In this document: positions 1-12,100 of the stretch, piece by piece
Numbering within the stretch: the stretch's first letter is position 1
How the letters are laid out: every line of letters starts with the position of its first letter
From: Trichinella spiralis
Taxonomy: Eukaryota
DNA length: 38,221 nucleotides
Reading direction: 5' to 3'
Assembly: GCF_000181795.1 (NCBI RefSeq)
Contig: NW_003526941.1
Span: 8,906,858-8,945,078 of the forward strand
Notes under the pieces: generated by a model
Told to the model about the DNA's origin: nothing
The model's input: only the letters and a program-made list of their open reading frames with translations
Databases searched by the model: none
Made by a program: the position numbers and the translations under genes

Positions 1-3000
1 TACGTACCTGATCAATCGCATTGAATCAACCGCACCTAATCTATGATATCACATTAGTGTTGCAGTAAGAATGAAGGCAATGTGGCGCTAATGGCACTGC
101 AACCTTCAATCTAAATATAAAAGAAAAAGTCAAGTAAAAAGCAAGGCATATTCATCATGATGCATAGTTACCATATTCAGTTAGTTTTCAGAATTTGGTT
201 GTTTCATATTCATTGATATGAATATAAATAACATAATGTAAATTCTAAAAGTGAATTATATTAATGCAGTCATCTCTAAATAAAAACAGAAATAGATACT
301 TCTTCTTCTTCCGCATCTGATGTACCTGAAAGTTAGCAATAACAACAATAGAAAAGAAACCCATCAGTTTCCATTCACCATATAAGTATAGTAACATGCA
401 TAGCATACCACCACCAAAATATCAAATCCAACTTACCAGTTATTCATGGATGGTGTTGAAGAGCGGTATTATAGTTGACCACGTGCTAGATTGATAGCAT
501 TGCATTGAACTGAATAACCTAATGTAATCGAAGTTCTCTGATTAGATGTATAATACTAAGTAAATTATGCAAATAACTATTTACTTTGCTCAGGAACCTC
601 AGGAAGAACAACCTAATTTTCCATCAGTAATAGCGCAGTAAAATAAACATTATGAGCAACATTATGAAACGAGACGATGAAATTTATTACGTTTTTATTT
701 ACACACTTCCTATTACTACGTAATATTGCATTGTTATGCAAATTTTGTCCCTAAAATTACCTAAAACGGAAACTTATTAACATGAAGCGTCGCAAATTAC
801 TAAAAATAAACGGAAATGCTATTACTGCGTATTTATGCATGTTGTGTAATTTAGTTGCTTGAAAGTACAAGGTGATTCAATAATTTATATTTTATCAATG
901 CTTTTCTTCTAATCAAAATTATATGGATAATAAAAAATAGCTTCCATTGAAAATAGTTTCGAAAATAAAATACTTTTTCAGAAATTTTATAATATACAAT
1001 TTATCTAAGCACAGAATTTAACAAGTGCGCAGCGTAGACAACATGATGGTAAGCGGCTGCACCAGTGGGTATGCCACTTGACAGCTTATTTACTATTGAA
1101 ATTTTGCTTTAACTAAACTTTTGTTTAAACCTTATGATGATTTATAGTAAGACTGCAAACGTGGTTGAGCACTGCATCAGCGCGCCACATACAATGTGAG
1201 AAAAACCCTAATCGCAGAAATTCAGTAACTGAGCGATTTGCAATGAATTCAACAAACTTATGCGGGTGACAATTCTGTATTGCATTTTATGAAAAGAATA
1301 AAACAAAAGAATCACGAGTAGCCTAAATTTGGTTATATTGCTAGTCGATAACAATTATGAGAAATTAGATTATTATGAAATGAAAACAGCTAAGTGCTGT
1401 TCATTCAGCTCGAAATATAGAGGGGGGGGGGGTGGGGAGAATTTTTAGTTTAATGCGATTTCTGTTCAGCTTAGTATTATTACGAGCTCAATGATGAGGA
1501 TCATTAGAAAGGAAAGGAGGGTGGGACAACATAGCAGAAAGGAATGAGGGAGAAGTTGAAGGATGGAGGAGGTGGAAGTTGTCATATGCGTTCTTCCACT
1601 CAATCTTCACGTATAATATTCAGGCATTGATTTATTCATCAATACTGGCAACATTTATGGGCATTGAGTTATTTTCTCAATGACAGAAAATACATGCATC
1701 TGTATAAATCAGTGCTATTGGCAATACAATGACATAATGGAAACTTTAAGGAGTCATTTCAAAAATGAAGGGAACGTTACTGCCATTCTGAAAGTATCAA
1801 AGGTGGTAGTAAAAAAGTGTGTTCTCCACGTAACAGCAGCTTTCCTACGTCATGCTGAAACAATCTTGTGCACGATATGAGTAGTTACAAGCATTTTGGG
1901 ATAGGATTGAGCGACTGCAGTATCCCGGTGACAGACATTTCCTTTAAACAACTGGGCAAGTATGTTATATTAGCAATAAACATTACAGTGGGCTGTAAAG
2001 ATAAGGCGGGAGGGGTTCAACTGCTATGTCAGAGTACTACTTTACAAATGGATTTGTAAGGACTATTGAAAACTATAGCAAAATATACCATTAGTGCTAT
2101 TATGTATTGGCTTGGCCGTAATAAGGTCTCGAATATTAATTGAACATCATTACTGAAAAACAACGCGCTAGTTTCCATTCAAAAAGACTAAAAACATACA
2201 ACTACGAAAAGCTTAAAAAAGCGCGCATGTTTAGTGCAGTGTGCCAAGAGAAAGAAAGAAAACATTGTATGAAAAATAGCAAATATATGAAAATTCATAC
2301 CTGTCAGCAGACCTGTTAGGGATAACGTATAAAGCAAACGTAGATTCATACATTTTGTAACTGATATTCGTGATTTCTTCATATTTTTAGTCTAACAATC
2401 ACAACGTAATTGTTGCATTGAAGCATCGAAATGACCATATAACGCAATGCAGTAAGTAAATAGACCGCCCTTCAGCAGCGAACATTTATACTATAGTGCA
2501 GTTCTCTCAATAAACAGAAATTTATATAAGGAACACTGCTACCGCATTTGAATAGCACAAAGTGCACGTAGCAGAATGCCAACGGCAGTGCTTACCATCA
2601 CATTTGCATAAAGTTACTCTTCTGACCTAGAAATGCATGTATGCCTTGAAAACGTATAACAATCTAATGAGCCAACACCAAAGATTATAATAATCAAAGC
2701 CACTATCTATCACAAATAATATTGTGGCGTAAATTAAAGAAGTATAAAATAGTGTCTTACGTAAATGAGGCTGTACTGGCACGATAATAATATGTCGCAA
2801 TATTCAGCAAAATTTATTCATTAATTTAAAGGAACTGATTGTTTAATGAACATTTCAATCAGACTTTGATCAACCATTTTGAAAAGAAGAAAAATGAATG
2901 CCTAAAACAGAAGAATTGCAAAACATAACATTTACTTAAAACACAAGCATAATGAATTGATAATTTAATATAATGCACATGCTAGGTTGAAGTACTAAAA

Positions 3001-4277
3001 ATTTTGCATCACGGTTAGTCACTTTACTCAGTGTGGAACCGGCAAAATTGTTATCTTATATGCATGGACAAAATACCGATGCAAATTATTAAAAATTTAT
3101 AGATTTTGCCCCCTTTCACTTTACATCGTGCACTAATGCAGATTCATTTACTGATTCCAATGAAAAATATTCTGCAACCGTTTAAGAAAACATCATCAAT
3201 TTTTCAATAATAGCAAAGGTTATTGCAACTGAAAATTCAGATATCGAAGAAGAATCATTTTTGTAGAATTCACTTGACTCAATTAAATTTACTAAACATG
3301 GTGAGACCTGACGGCACATTTCCTCCTAGTGAATTCGTCATAAAAGTGACGTTGGTGAATTGGGTTGTAAATGCATGGACAAAATACAGAAGGAAATTAT
3401 TAAAATTTCTACCTCTTGGCTTCATACTCATTGCCAGTGTAAATGAATTACAACATCAACCTGCAGTAGAATGAGCAGCGTGTCGTCTCTACTGACAATT
3501 TCATGAAAATGCTTATATTCTGATATTTCATTTCCAGCAATAATTTGTTTATATTATATTTATTTGCCTTTTAATAATTTTAATACCTTAATACACTGCT
3601 CCTAAACGTAAGCATGAAATTCAACACAAAATATGTCTTCTTCGCAAAGCATAATGTAGTTATGTCAAGCTGTTATAAATTTAATATCTGTTTTGAGATA
3701 TATTATGATGTCATTCAACTAAAAAATCTAACTTACAAAAATAATTACATTTTCATCATTTGGAAAAACTATTTTGAAGAGTTGCATAACGTGATTTGCC
3801 ATTTTGAATAAAATTGATGACGCTTGTCAGACGCCCTTTGAAAACGTCTTCCATTCTAATGTTGCTGAAAATCCTCCACCAATAAATATTTGAATTCAAC
3901 CTCACAAGAAGATTCAATTCATCTGGCAGCTTTATCTTACATGAACACAGAATACAAAGCAAAAAAAGAAATAAAGCAGATAAGATGAGGAAAAGTGAAA
4001 AATTCTTTTAATATTAAGTTAAAGTACACTTCAAAAATTACATCAAATAATAATAATTAAAAATTGAAAATGCAATTATTTACAGTACTTCAATTGCCAA
4101 ATTATTGATGAGAAGGTTACTAAATAAAACACAAATGAAAGAAAAGCAACCTTGTATACGTAGTAATTATTTCAATTCAGAGATGTTCTATTGGCAGTGG
4201 CAGTTCGAAATCAAGGTGCAAATGAAAGAATCTGCATTTAGGTAACAATTACATCATTTTTTAAATGATTTTTACAT

Positions 4278-4472
4278 CTGAAGCAGGTGAAACAACTAAG
4301 TCTCACCCGCCTCTTCAGCGCGGAAAGCCTAGGCTTTCCCCGCTATAGGGAAGGGGAGCGTGCGCTCTGCCTGCCCAAAGAGCAAGGAAGTTTGCATTCT
4401 CCCTTGTCTAAGGGAAGGGAGCTTCACGCTCCAGGATGGGGCCCATTTTTGGTCTCTCCATCCTCCACCTGC
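4278..4472 (-). ncRNA. Candidate structured non-coding RNA or structured cis-element, family not identified
   Basis: GC content is about 57% (hand count 111/195) within very AT-rich flanks. Nested stems on + coordinates: 4280-4293/4300-4313 (14 bp, three G-U pairs if read on minus), 4317-4344, GGAGCGTG 4355-4362/CACGCTCC 4425-4432 enclosing two small hairpins, AGGATGG 4433-4439/CCATCCT 4458-4464, and terminal GCAGGTG 4283-4289/CACCTGC 4466-4472. Strand is inferred from G-U bias. Confidence 0.4.
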
Positions 4473-6227
4473 ATTAAATATTTCAAGTCCCACTCCAGGC
4501 ATGTTTGCCATTTCGCAGACATCATTTATACCAGACATTTATCTGTTGATTTGTTTGTATTACATTGTACATTTATTACAAAAAATCTTTTTTTGAAAAA
4601 TAAAATATTTCATTAATAAAGAATTGTTGTTGTTGCATTGTTCTTGGTTTATATTAATAGAAAAAAAATTTTTTTTTACTTTTATATATACATTATTATT
4701 AATTTTACTTGCGATACGTGTATTAATTTTATTTTCCCCATTTTAACAATTTTGTTCTTGTTCCTATAAACTAATTAATATTGCTGGCTGGCAACTAGTA
4801 ATGGCAAACATGATTCCCCTATCAACTAATCCTACATGATCATCATCGTTATGAATTAACGCAGCTTGGCCTTTTGTTACGTCTGTAAACATGGTAACAT
4901 ATTTTATTCATTGTGTCTTTGTAATGAAGAACCTTTCACGCTCGACTTCGACAAATCGCATCTTCACCAACGTGTCGATACTTACCTCGGTTGACCAATG
5001 AACGCAATTGACCAACAAACGATTCGATCCAACCTACCGACCATCCGTTCACTCGCTCGTGGCTTGCTCCACTTTTCTTCTTTCTTCTCCATGTGCATTA
5101 CGGTTTATTACGTGTTTACGTATTTGTATGCAATGCTTTCCATGTGTCAGAGTTTTTACAAAGTTAAAGTGAAAGTAAAAGAATCAGAGAAAAAATATTT
5201 GGAGAAATAAATTGAAAAAAATAATAAAATGTACAATATAAGAAAAAAAAAGTGAAAATAAAAAAGAATCAAAAGAAATAATGGGAAAATTAAAAAATCA
5301 ATAAAATATATAAAGTTTGAATGAATGAGAAAAACTTTAAAAAATAAAAAGAACTTGGTTCAGAAAATGTTCAAAATCAAACTATGCAAGAGAAGAAAAA
5401 TAAAGATTACAAAATAAACAAAAAATTATTTCGACACAGGAAAGCAATTGCATACGTAAATTTTGCTGCGTGAAAGACCAAGTACTGCATTAACTCAAAA
5501 CTCAGCCATGTAGGTTTGTCGTTAACTTAATTAAAACTATGGGATAACTTCACCCTTTCGAAGTATCCCTAGCCCAGACCTACAGAATTGGGACCCACGG
5601 GGAACCACATATACCTTTTGTCTTTTCTTGTTCTGCTTCGTGTCGTCCGCGATCTGCTTGCTCTACGAATCGCCCGTGTTTTCGCTTTTTCTTTTCTTCA
5701 TTGTTCATATCTATAAGAATGTTAAATGTTAAGTCAAAAATTTTGTCCCTTTATCACATAGCAAAATTGAAAAATTGAACAATGAATTTTCAAACAGAAG
5801 AAGAAACTGATTTTCAATTAAAAATAACGCGAACGAAATGATTATAACGAGAGTTTCGAAAAAACGTAACAGGAGGAGAAATATGGAATACTTTCAACAA
5901 TTAAAGATGGAAGGCCGTAAATAAGCTCAGAGAACGTTTCACGACGCTACCGCTTGCCACGTAAGTCAAACGAACGAGTGCACTCTAACTGACGATAAGG
6001 CACCTTTATGGCGATCGTTATTTGCATAGCGCAGCGCTGGAAACCGGTTTGTGTGTATTGAAAATTATTCTCGATGGTGAATTCTAATCTAACATTGACG
6101 CAAAACAAACAACAAAATTTCATGTACAGAAAACCGCAACTCTAGCAACTGCACATCACTAAATGACAATTGTTTCAAAGGAGTTGAAAAAAATTGAGAT
6201 GCACAGCCAAATTCAACCAATGAAAAC

Positions 6228-6755
6228 TATTTGAAAATTCAAAACTGACCTTGACGTTTACAATTCCAGTCAAAAATATAAACTATCTGACAAAAAACAC
6301 CATAATAAAAANNNNNNNNNNAGCAGTAATATTGGTTATTCAGGAAGTATTGAAAGTTGTGGTGGAAAGACGTGATAGTTTTGAGATGTTTCCAGCAGCC
6401 TACTAGTGCAACGGACGTCTAGCGAGCGTGTTATCTAATGTTGTTATGGCTCTAGGCAGGGTTAGGTTGTTAGCGTTAGCGGCACTGGTATCCGGAATAT
6501 AAGTATGATGAAAGTTAACCAGGGGGCAGCATAATACACGCACTTCCGCGATTCACGAAACTAAAGTTCCGGTACGGATTTATCAACTTTAGCTGCTGCA
6601 ATATCAACTACGACAGTCTCATCTAAGGACAGAATTATACAGAGATATACAGCCAATCTGCAACAAGGAAATATATTTGAAAATTCAAAACTGACCTTGA
6701 CGTTTACAATTCAGTCAAAATATAAACTATCTGACAAAAAACACCATAATAAAAA
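6228..6755. repeat. Direct duplication across a 10-N assembly gap, probably a contig-overlap artefact
   Basis: 6228-6311 and 6674-6755 are identical apart from two single-base homopolymer indels. The N run is at 6312-6321. Weaker similarity extends upstream in both copies (~5880-6227 vs 6322-6673). Confidence 0.75.
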
Positions 6756-8505
6756 CATTGACTTAGTCAAAATACGCCTTCGCTTGTTTGAATTTGAGGT
6801 TTGAAATGTCCTACATAAATGGAACTCATCGCAAAATGCTTTTCACAAAAATATAAGCACATTAATCTGCGCAAGCTGACGAACAAAATTAACCGTACAA
6901 AAAAATTTAATTTACCAAATGTTTCTGATAATCTAAATTTTGGAAATATAATATAAAGTTATAATATAAGGTTAAATGATTCTCTGCGCAAAAAGCGGTA
7001 TTTTGCTGTGTTATGATAATATATAATGTATAATATAAAATACTATGCGCTTATTCATCCTGTTCTGTTCACAGTAAAATTCAATGCCATAAGCTAGCAA
7101 AAACTGAAAAATTCAACGTCTGCTACATTATTAAATCTAGACCCCGACATAAAATAACAAATTCAAATATACATATATGTATATATATAGCTTATTGTTT
7201 TTACTGTTTTTCAATTTTTGTCCAGATTAAAATTAAAGCGGGCTTAAATAGTTAAATATGCATGCATTGTTGCAAAAATACCAAGAAAGTATGTTTTAAC
7301 ATTACATTTTTACCTTCATCCAGTTTGTTTCACTTGCACTTTTGTTACGCAGCATAACAGTACGGAGAAAATCACTCAAATGAAATTTTAACTATGCATA
7401 CAACCTTTACTTTCCTCTGATTGGTCTATTACTTTGTAGCCTTCTTATCAGTGAGTTGGCAATCGATTTACTGTATGTTACAGAATTTTTAATTATAAAT
7501 TACATTTCCATAATCACAATATATTATAAATTAATGTTAAAATAATATTTATCTTCTCCATATTTTAGATGCTTGTTTTCTAACTTCGCATTTTTAATAC
7601 AGTTACAGTGTGTTTTGTGAAATGCAAGGATTAATTATTTTTACTATTTCTTGATTTCTAAGTATGATTGTGAAAATATTTATTTCTGTTGCTAATTGAG
7701 GTAGAGATTTTGATTTTGCTTAATCCTGATTTTTATCAGGATTTACATTACCATGTTTCACCAGTGACTTAGGAATACATATTAACATGCATTTAACTGA
7801 CATCATCGAATTTTAATGCTTTCATGTGAGACTGTCTGTTTTAATGTTCTATTGCTCTGTTTTGGCTGATTTGTACACTGTTTGTAGTCTCGTGAAAATT
7901 TTCCTATCACCTCACATTGGTTTCACGTCTATCGCCGGACTGAAAATCGTTTCAGCTTTTCAGTAATCAAAATTGTTTGAACTTTTGCACACATTCAAGA
8001 AAGAATTTCCCTTTCTTGACATATTCCGTAGTGGGAATTACTTTAATAACTGAACATGCTACAATAGCAAAAGCATCAACTCGATGTCTAACTGAATATT
8101 TGCTATTTGTGTGATTAATATTTTCCCGTTTTTGAAAGGTTTATAGTCATCTTATAAATTTGACAGCGTGATTTTGCTCATTTTTGGCGTCATAATGAAA
8201 TGGAAGGTTATCAGCGTTACGTTGAATGATGAAATGAATTTTGTCTGAGACTTGATTGTATTTTTGGTTGTGGCTGCAATGTAACTGTTCACCTATCACA
8301 TAGCCATTGATAAGATGCATATAATTGGTGCAAATGAAAGTGATGAAATGAAACACAAAATATTAGAAAATTATTAAAATGAAAAAAAATATATACATAT
8401 ATGAAAAAAGAGAAAGAAAAACGAAATGGAAGACATTTTCATTGAGATGTTAGCATTGCAATGCCAAGCGGGATGGAGGATGGAACGACTTTGTTTCCTT
8501 GAAGA

Positions 8506-9107
8506 TCAAAAATATGTTGACGTGGAAAAGTGGTGCTGAGCAGCAATGAGCAGAAAAGTGACCAGCAGTATGAATGGCGCGGTTGGTGTTCTTCTGGAAC
8601 CACCGCCGTTGCACCGATTTCCATAACAGCCACAGATATGCACATCGCCGACGACTATTTGATTGAGCTCTCGAGAATTGATCAACTGATTTCTGGGAAG
8701 CAACCGACATACGTCAACAAAAGGGAACCTGTGAGTATCCAAAGCAGAGCGGTTGAAGCCGGATATCAGCACTTTGTCAGCGCAACCGCGAATGTAATTG
8801 TAACCAAGAATAAGGCCTAGAAAATACTCACATTGAAAACAACTGTCCACAAATGTCCAGAAACAAAAAAAAACTAATTTTCCAGAAACTTTATATGAAT
8901 GGATTGGCAAAAATAAAGCCCATTGAAAATTTTTAACATTTGAATTTTGTCTAAAAAATAAGATTCACCGAATAAAACAATCGACACTGACCGCTGAAAT
9001 ATTGTTCCTTCTATAAATCCTAGCTCTAATGCTACCTGAAACCCTGAACTGCAATACTCGTTAGCAATTTATAAAAGTAATCGACGTATAATTTAATTTC
9101 AATATGC

Positions 9108-9147
<40 letters not shown>

Positions 9148-12100
9148 TCTAATTAATAATTTCATTTTGCAAAAGTGCCTGATAAAATTTGAAATTTAGA
9201 AAGGAAAAATCCACATTTACTACTAGTAGCAGAACTACTTCGAAGTAATATCAAGCTGTAAAAAACACATTTGTTCATTTGAATAGAAACAGCATTAGAA
9301 GAAGAAAGAAAATTCTCAATTTGCACATTAATCACCGAAGCAACTCTGCATTTATTCAGTTGCTTATTGTGCATCGTAATGGTATTTCTCTTTTATTACC
9401 AAAAATAAAATTGACTAATAAATGGGCAGGCTAATTATGAGTGAACAATGATTTCCGCTGTTTTCTTCTTTGCAAAGAAAAAAAACCAATGAATATAATA
9501 ATCTGCTATTGAAATACTATTAATGGGAAAAAATGATGGCAAATTTCAGGCAAATACTTTCACAAAATTTGTGTAGCTGAAATTTTGAAAAATTTGTTGC
9601 ATTCTGTAAAATGAATAACAGATAAATTAATAAGAAAAACAACAACTGTTATAATAAAACCGACAATCAAGTATAATAATACAGTAAAATATTGCACTGT
9701 TGTTGTTCCGTAGAAAGAACGAGAGAAATTCGCATGGCAGCAGATATTCGACTGAAATGGAAGAGTTGATGAGAAATGCATTGCTCAAATTTACTGAACA
9801 AGTGCTCAAAAATGCAATGATGAATGAATGATAAAAACATGGCAAAAAAATCAACTTAAATTAAAAAAAATGAGTAATAACTGAAAAGGTGATCCATGTG
9901 GGAACAATTTTTCATTCGCAAGTCAGTGATAATAATACTTTAACATGTAATGGAATTGAATACTGGATGCACGGCATTAATTGATGATAACGAAAGTTTG
10001 GAAAACGCGGCGTGGCAGGGGTTTGCAAAAAGCATTTAATAGAAAGATCGACGTCAAGAGACGTGTCTGGTCTTGGTTATAATTAATAGGTACGTTTTGC
10101 TAATTCAAAAGTATGCGATCAATCAAAACCATGAACCAAGGTATTGGATTGGCACTTTGTTGTTTACGATCAAATTGTTTACCCAATTCTTCTTTTCTTC
10201 ACAAATCGCAGAAATAAATTTGCATTTATGCAAATGAATTTACAGTTACAGATAGTTATATAATATAAATATATATAGCAAACTTACAGCTAATATATTT
10301 GAATATGTGAAATTTTAGGAAAAAATTTCCTAAATCTATAAACGTCTTATATTGTATACGGTCATAAGCTAAGAAACTGCGTTGAAATACATTTCCGCAA
10401 TAAAGTTTTGCTGTTTTTCAAAAAACAATAATGCAGAAAAAAATTAGAAAAAATATCTAACCGATCTACATTTGAAGCTGATATGAAAAAGCAACAACAA
10501 ATGTAATTTTTTCAAAATCCAAATCATACACTTAGACTTTAAAAAATAAAAATGTATGAAAAAATTTATTTAAAAAATCATTTTTAAAATATATTTATGA
10601 ATACTGTGTGGATGCTTAAACTGCACTTGAAAAAAAGCAAATAAGAGGAAATATTCCACGTTGAAGCAACTGCCAAGAAATATCATCATGATGTTATTAT
10701 ATTTTTAAGTTACATAAAAAAAATTATGACATGGGTGTATTTTTTCCTTCCTTTTTTTTGCTTTCAACGCAACACAACAAGTAGTGTTGATTAGATTTTT
10801 AGTAAAGATGAAATGAATTTGGAGAAGATAAATAATATGCACATTTGCATTGCAGAGAAATGCATAATGATGATGCATCTGCAATAAGCAAAAGACTTCA
10901 ACAACAGATTAGAATAAATCTATTAATATTTGGAACTATTGTTTCTCAATAAATCAATAACACCAATAAATCAAACTGAATTTACTATATATTTTCATGT
11001 TCGATGATGATGATGATTAATTTCATTATTCACTTTCAAGCAATGAACAGATAAATTAGTCAATTGGTCGGCTTGAAATAACTTTAAGTTTTAAAATTTC
11101 ATTCTGAAATGTATGAAAATTTGAATGAGCAAATTCATTTCCATACGTCATTCCCAATCACCAGGCAAGTGGGTTTTGCAACAACTATTCTTTCCAAATA
11201 AATTTCCCTAAATATCTACAGTAATGTGCAAAAAAATAATTTTCTCTCATCAATTAGTGATATTTCAGTTTGAGCAAAAACAACAGTTTGCCAGAAAAAA
11301 ATTCTCTTCAAATTGTATAAAATTTAACTTCATTATAAAAAGACAATCAACTCTAGTAATTAACATTTCTACGTACATTTTTGGCATTGTGGAAAAAATT
11401 GCCAAAAAACTTGCAAGCAGTAATTGATGAATCAATAATTATTGTCATTAAAATGTAATAATTGCTTTCAATTAAGTTACAATAGTCAAAGTATTATGGA
11501 AAAAAAAATTCAACGCTCACCTCCTTTGATCTCTGGTTCTTTCATTGTCACGCATATGGTTGTACAATTATGCACTGGTATTCCACGTGACATGAACGGC
11601 TCGTTGCAACGATCTGTGAACAGCTCTGGGCGCCGGTATATGTACCTCATTGTTGACCAGTGCTCTTGGTAAGAAAATGACATACAACTGAAGCAATGGA
11701 TAACGGGCAGAGCTCCTGAAAATGACAAAAAAAACAGTAATACAAATAGATTTTTGTTCTTGATTATTTGAAAAAAAACAGTTGCACAATTTATTATACA
11801 AATGAGAAAAAAAAATACGCAAAATTATCACATACCGTAAGATTTCATGTTGTAACCATAGACAAGAATGTCGGTAATTAATGTGAAAATAGCTATCAAA
11901 TTTGTATTCATTAGTTGTTTACAAAAAAAAATTTCCCCTGAATAGTATGAATGAAGAAAAAGAAGAAGTAAAATAATATAATATAAAATAATAATAATAA
12001 TAATAATAATAAAACAGAGCACAGCTGCTCAGCTTTTGCTAAGAAGCACCGGAACACCAAATTGGCACCAAATAGTTCAAGTAGCAGTAGGTTTTTCGCC

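Noticed and set aside
90..112. AATGGCACTGCA resembling the 5' end of miR-228
   Set aside because: The match stops after about 12 nt and there is no pre-miRNA-length hairpin.
4192..4212. TGGCAGTGG and GTTCGAAATC resembling Pol III A and B boxes
   Set aside because: The spacing is far too short and there is no cloverleaf.
4278..4472. U3 snoRNA (box B-like GAGCGUGAAG), hammerhead (CUGAAGA), Sm-site snRNA (AUUUUUGG) or telomerase RNA assignments for the structured island
   Set aside because: U3 boxes A and C are absent. No GAAA follows the putative hammerhead stem II. The Sm-like motif sits in a hairpin loop with no 3' stem after it. There is no GCCUAA template for TTAGGC.
4287..4616. Overlapping ORFs of 69-109 aa over the GC island
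   Set aside because: No recognisable protein features. The openness is explained by high GC content.
4978..4990. ATACTTACCT resembling the U1 snRNA 5' end
   Set aside because: No U1 stem-loops or Sm site follow. It is better explained as the reverse complement of a consensus splice donor.
6445..6480. Telomere-like AGGGTTAGG..TTAGCGTTAGC
   Set aside because: It is degenerate and lies in the probable low-quality duplicated contig end.
7697..7745. let-7-like microRNA gene on the + strand (TGAGGTAG...)
   Set aside because: No complementary star arm within precursor distance.
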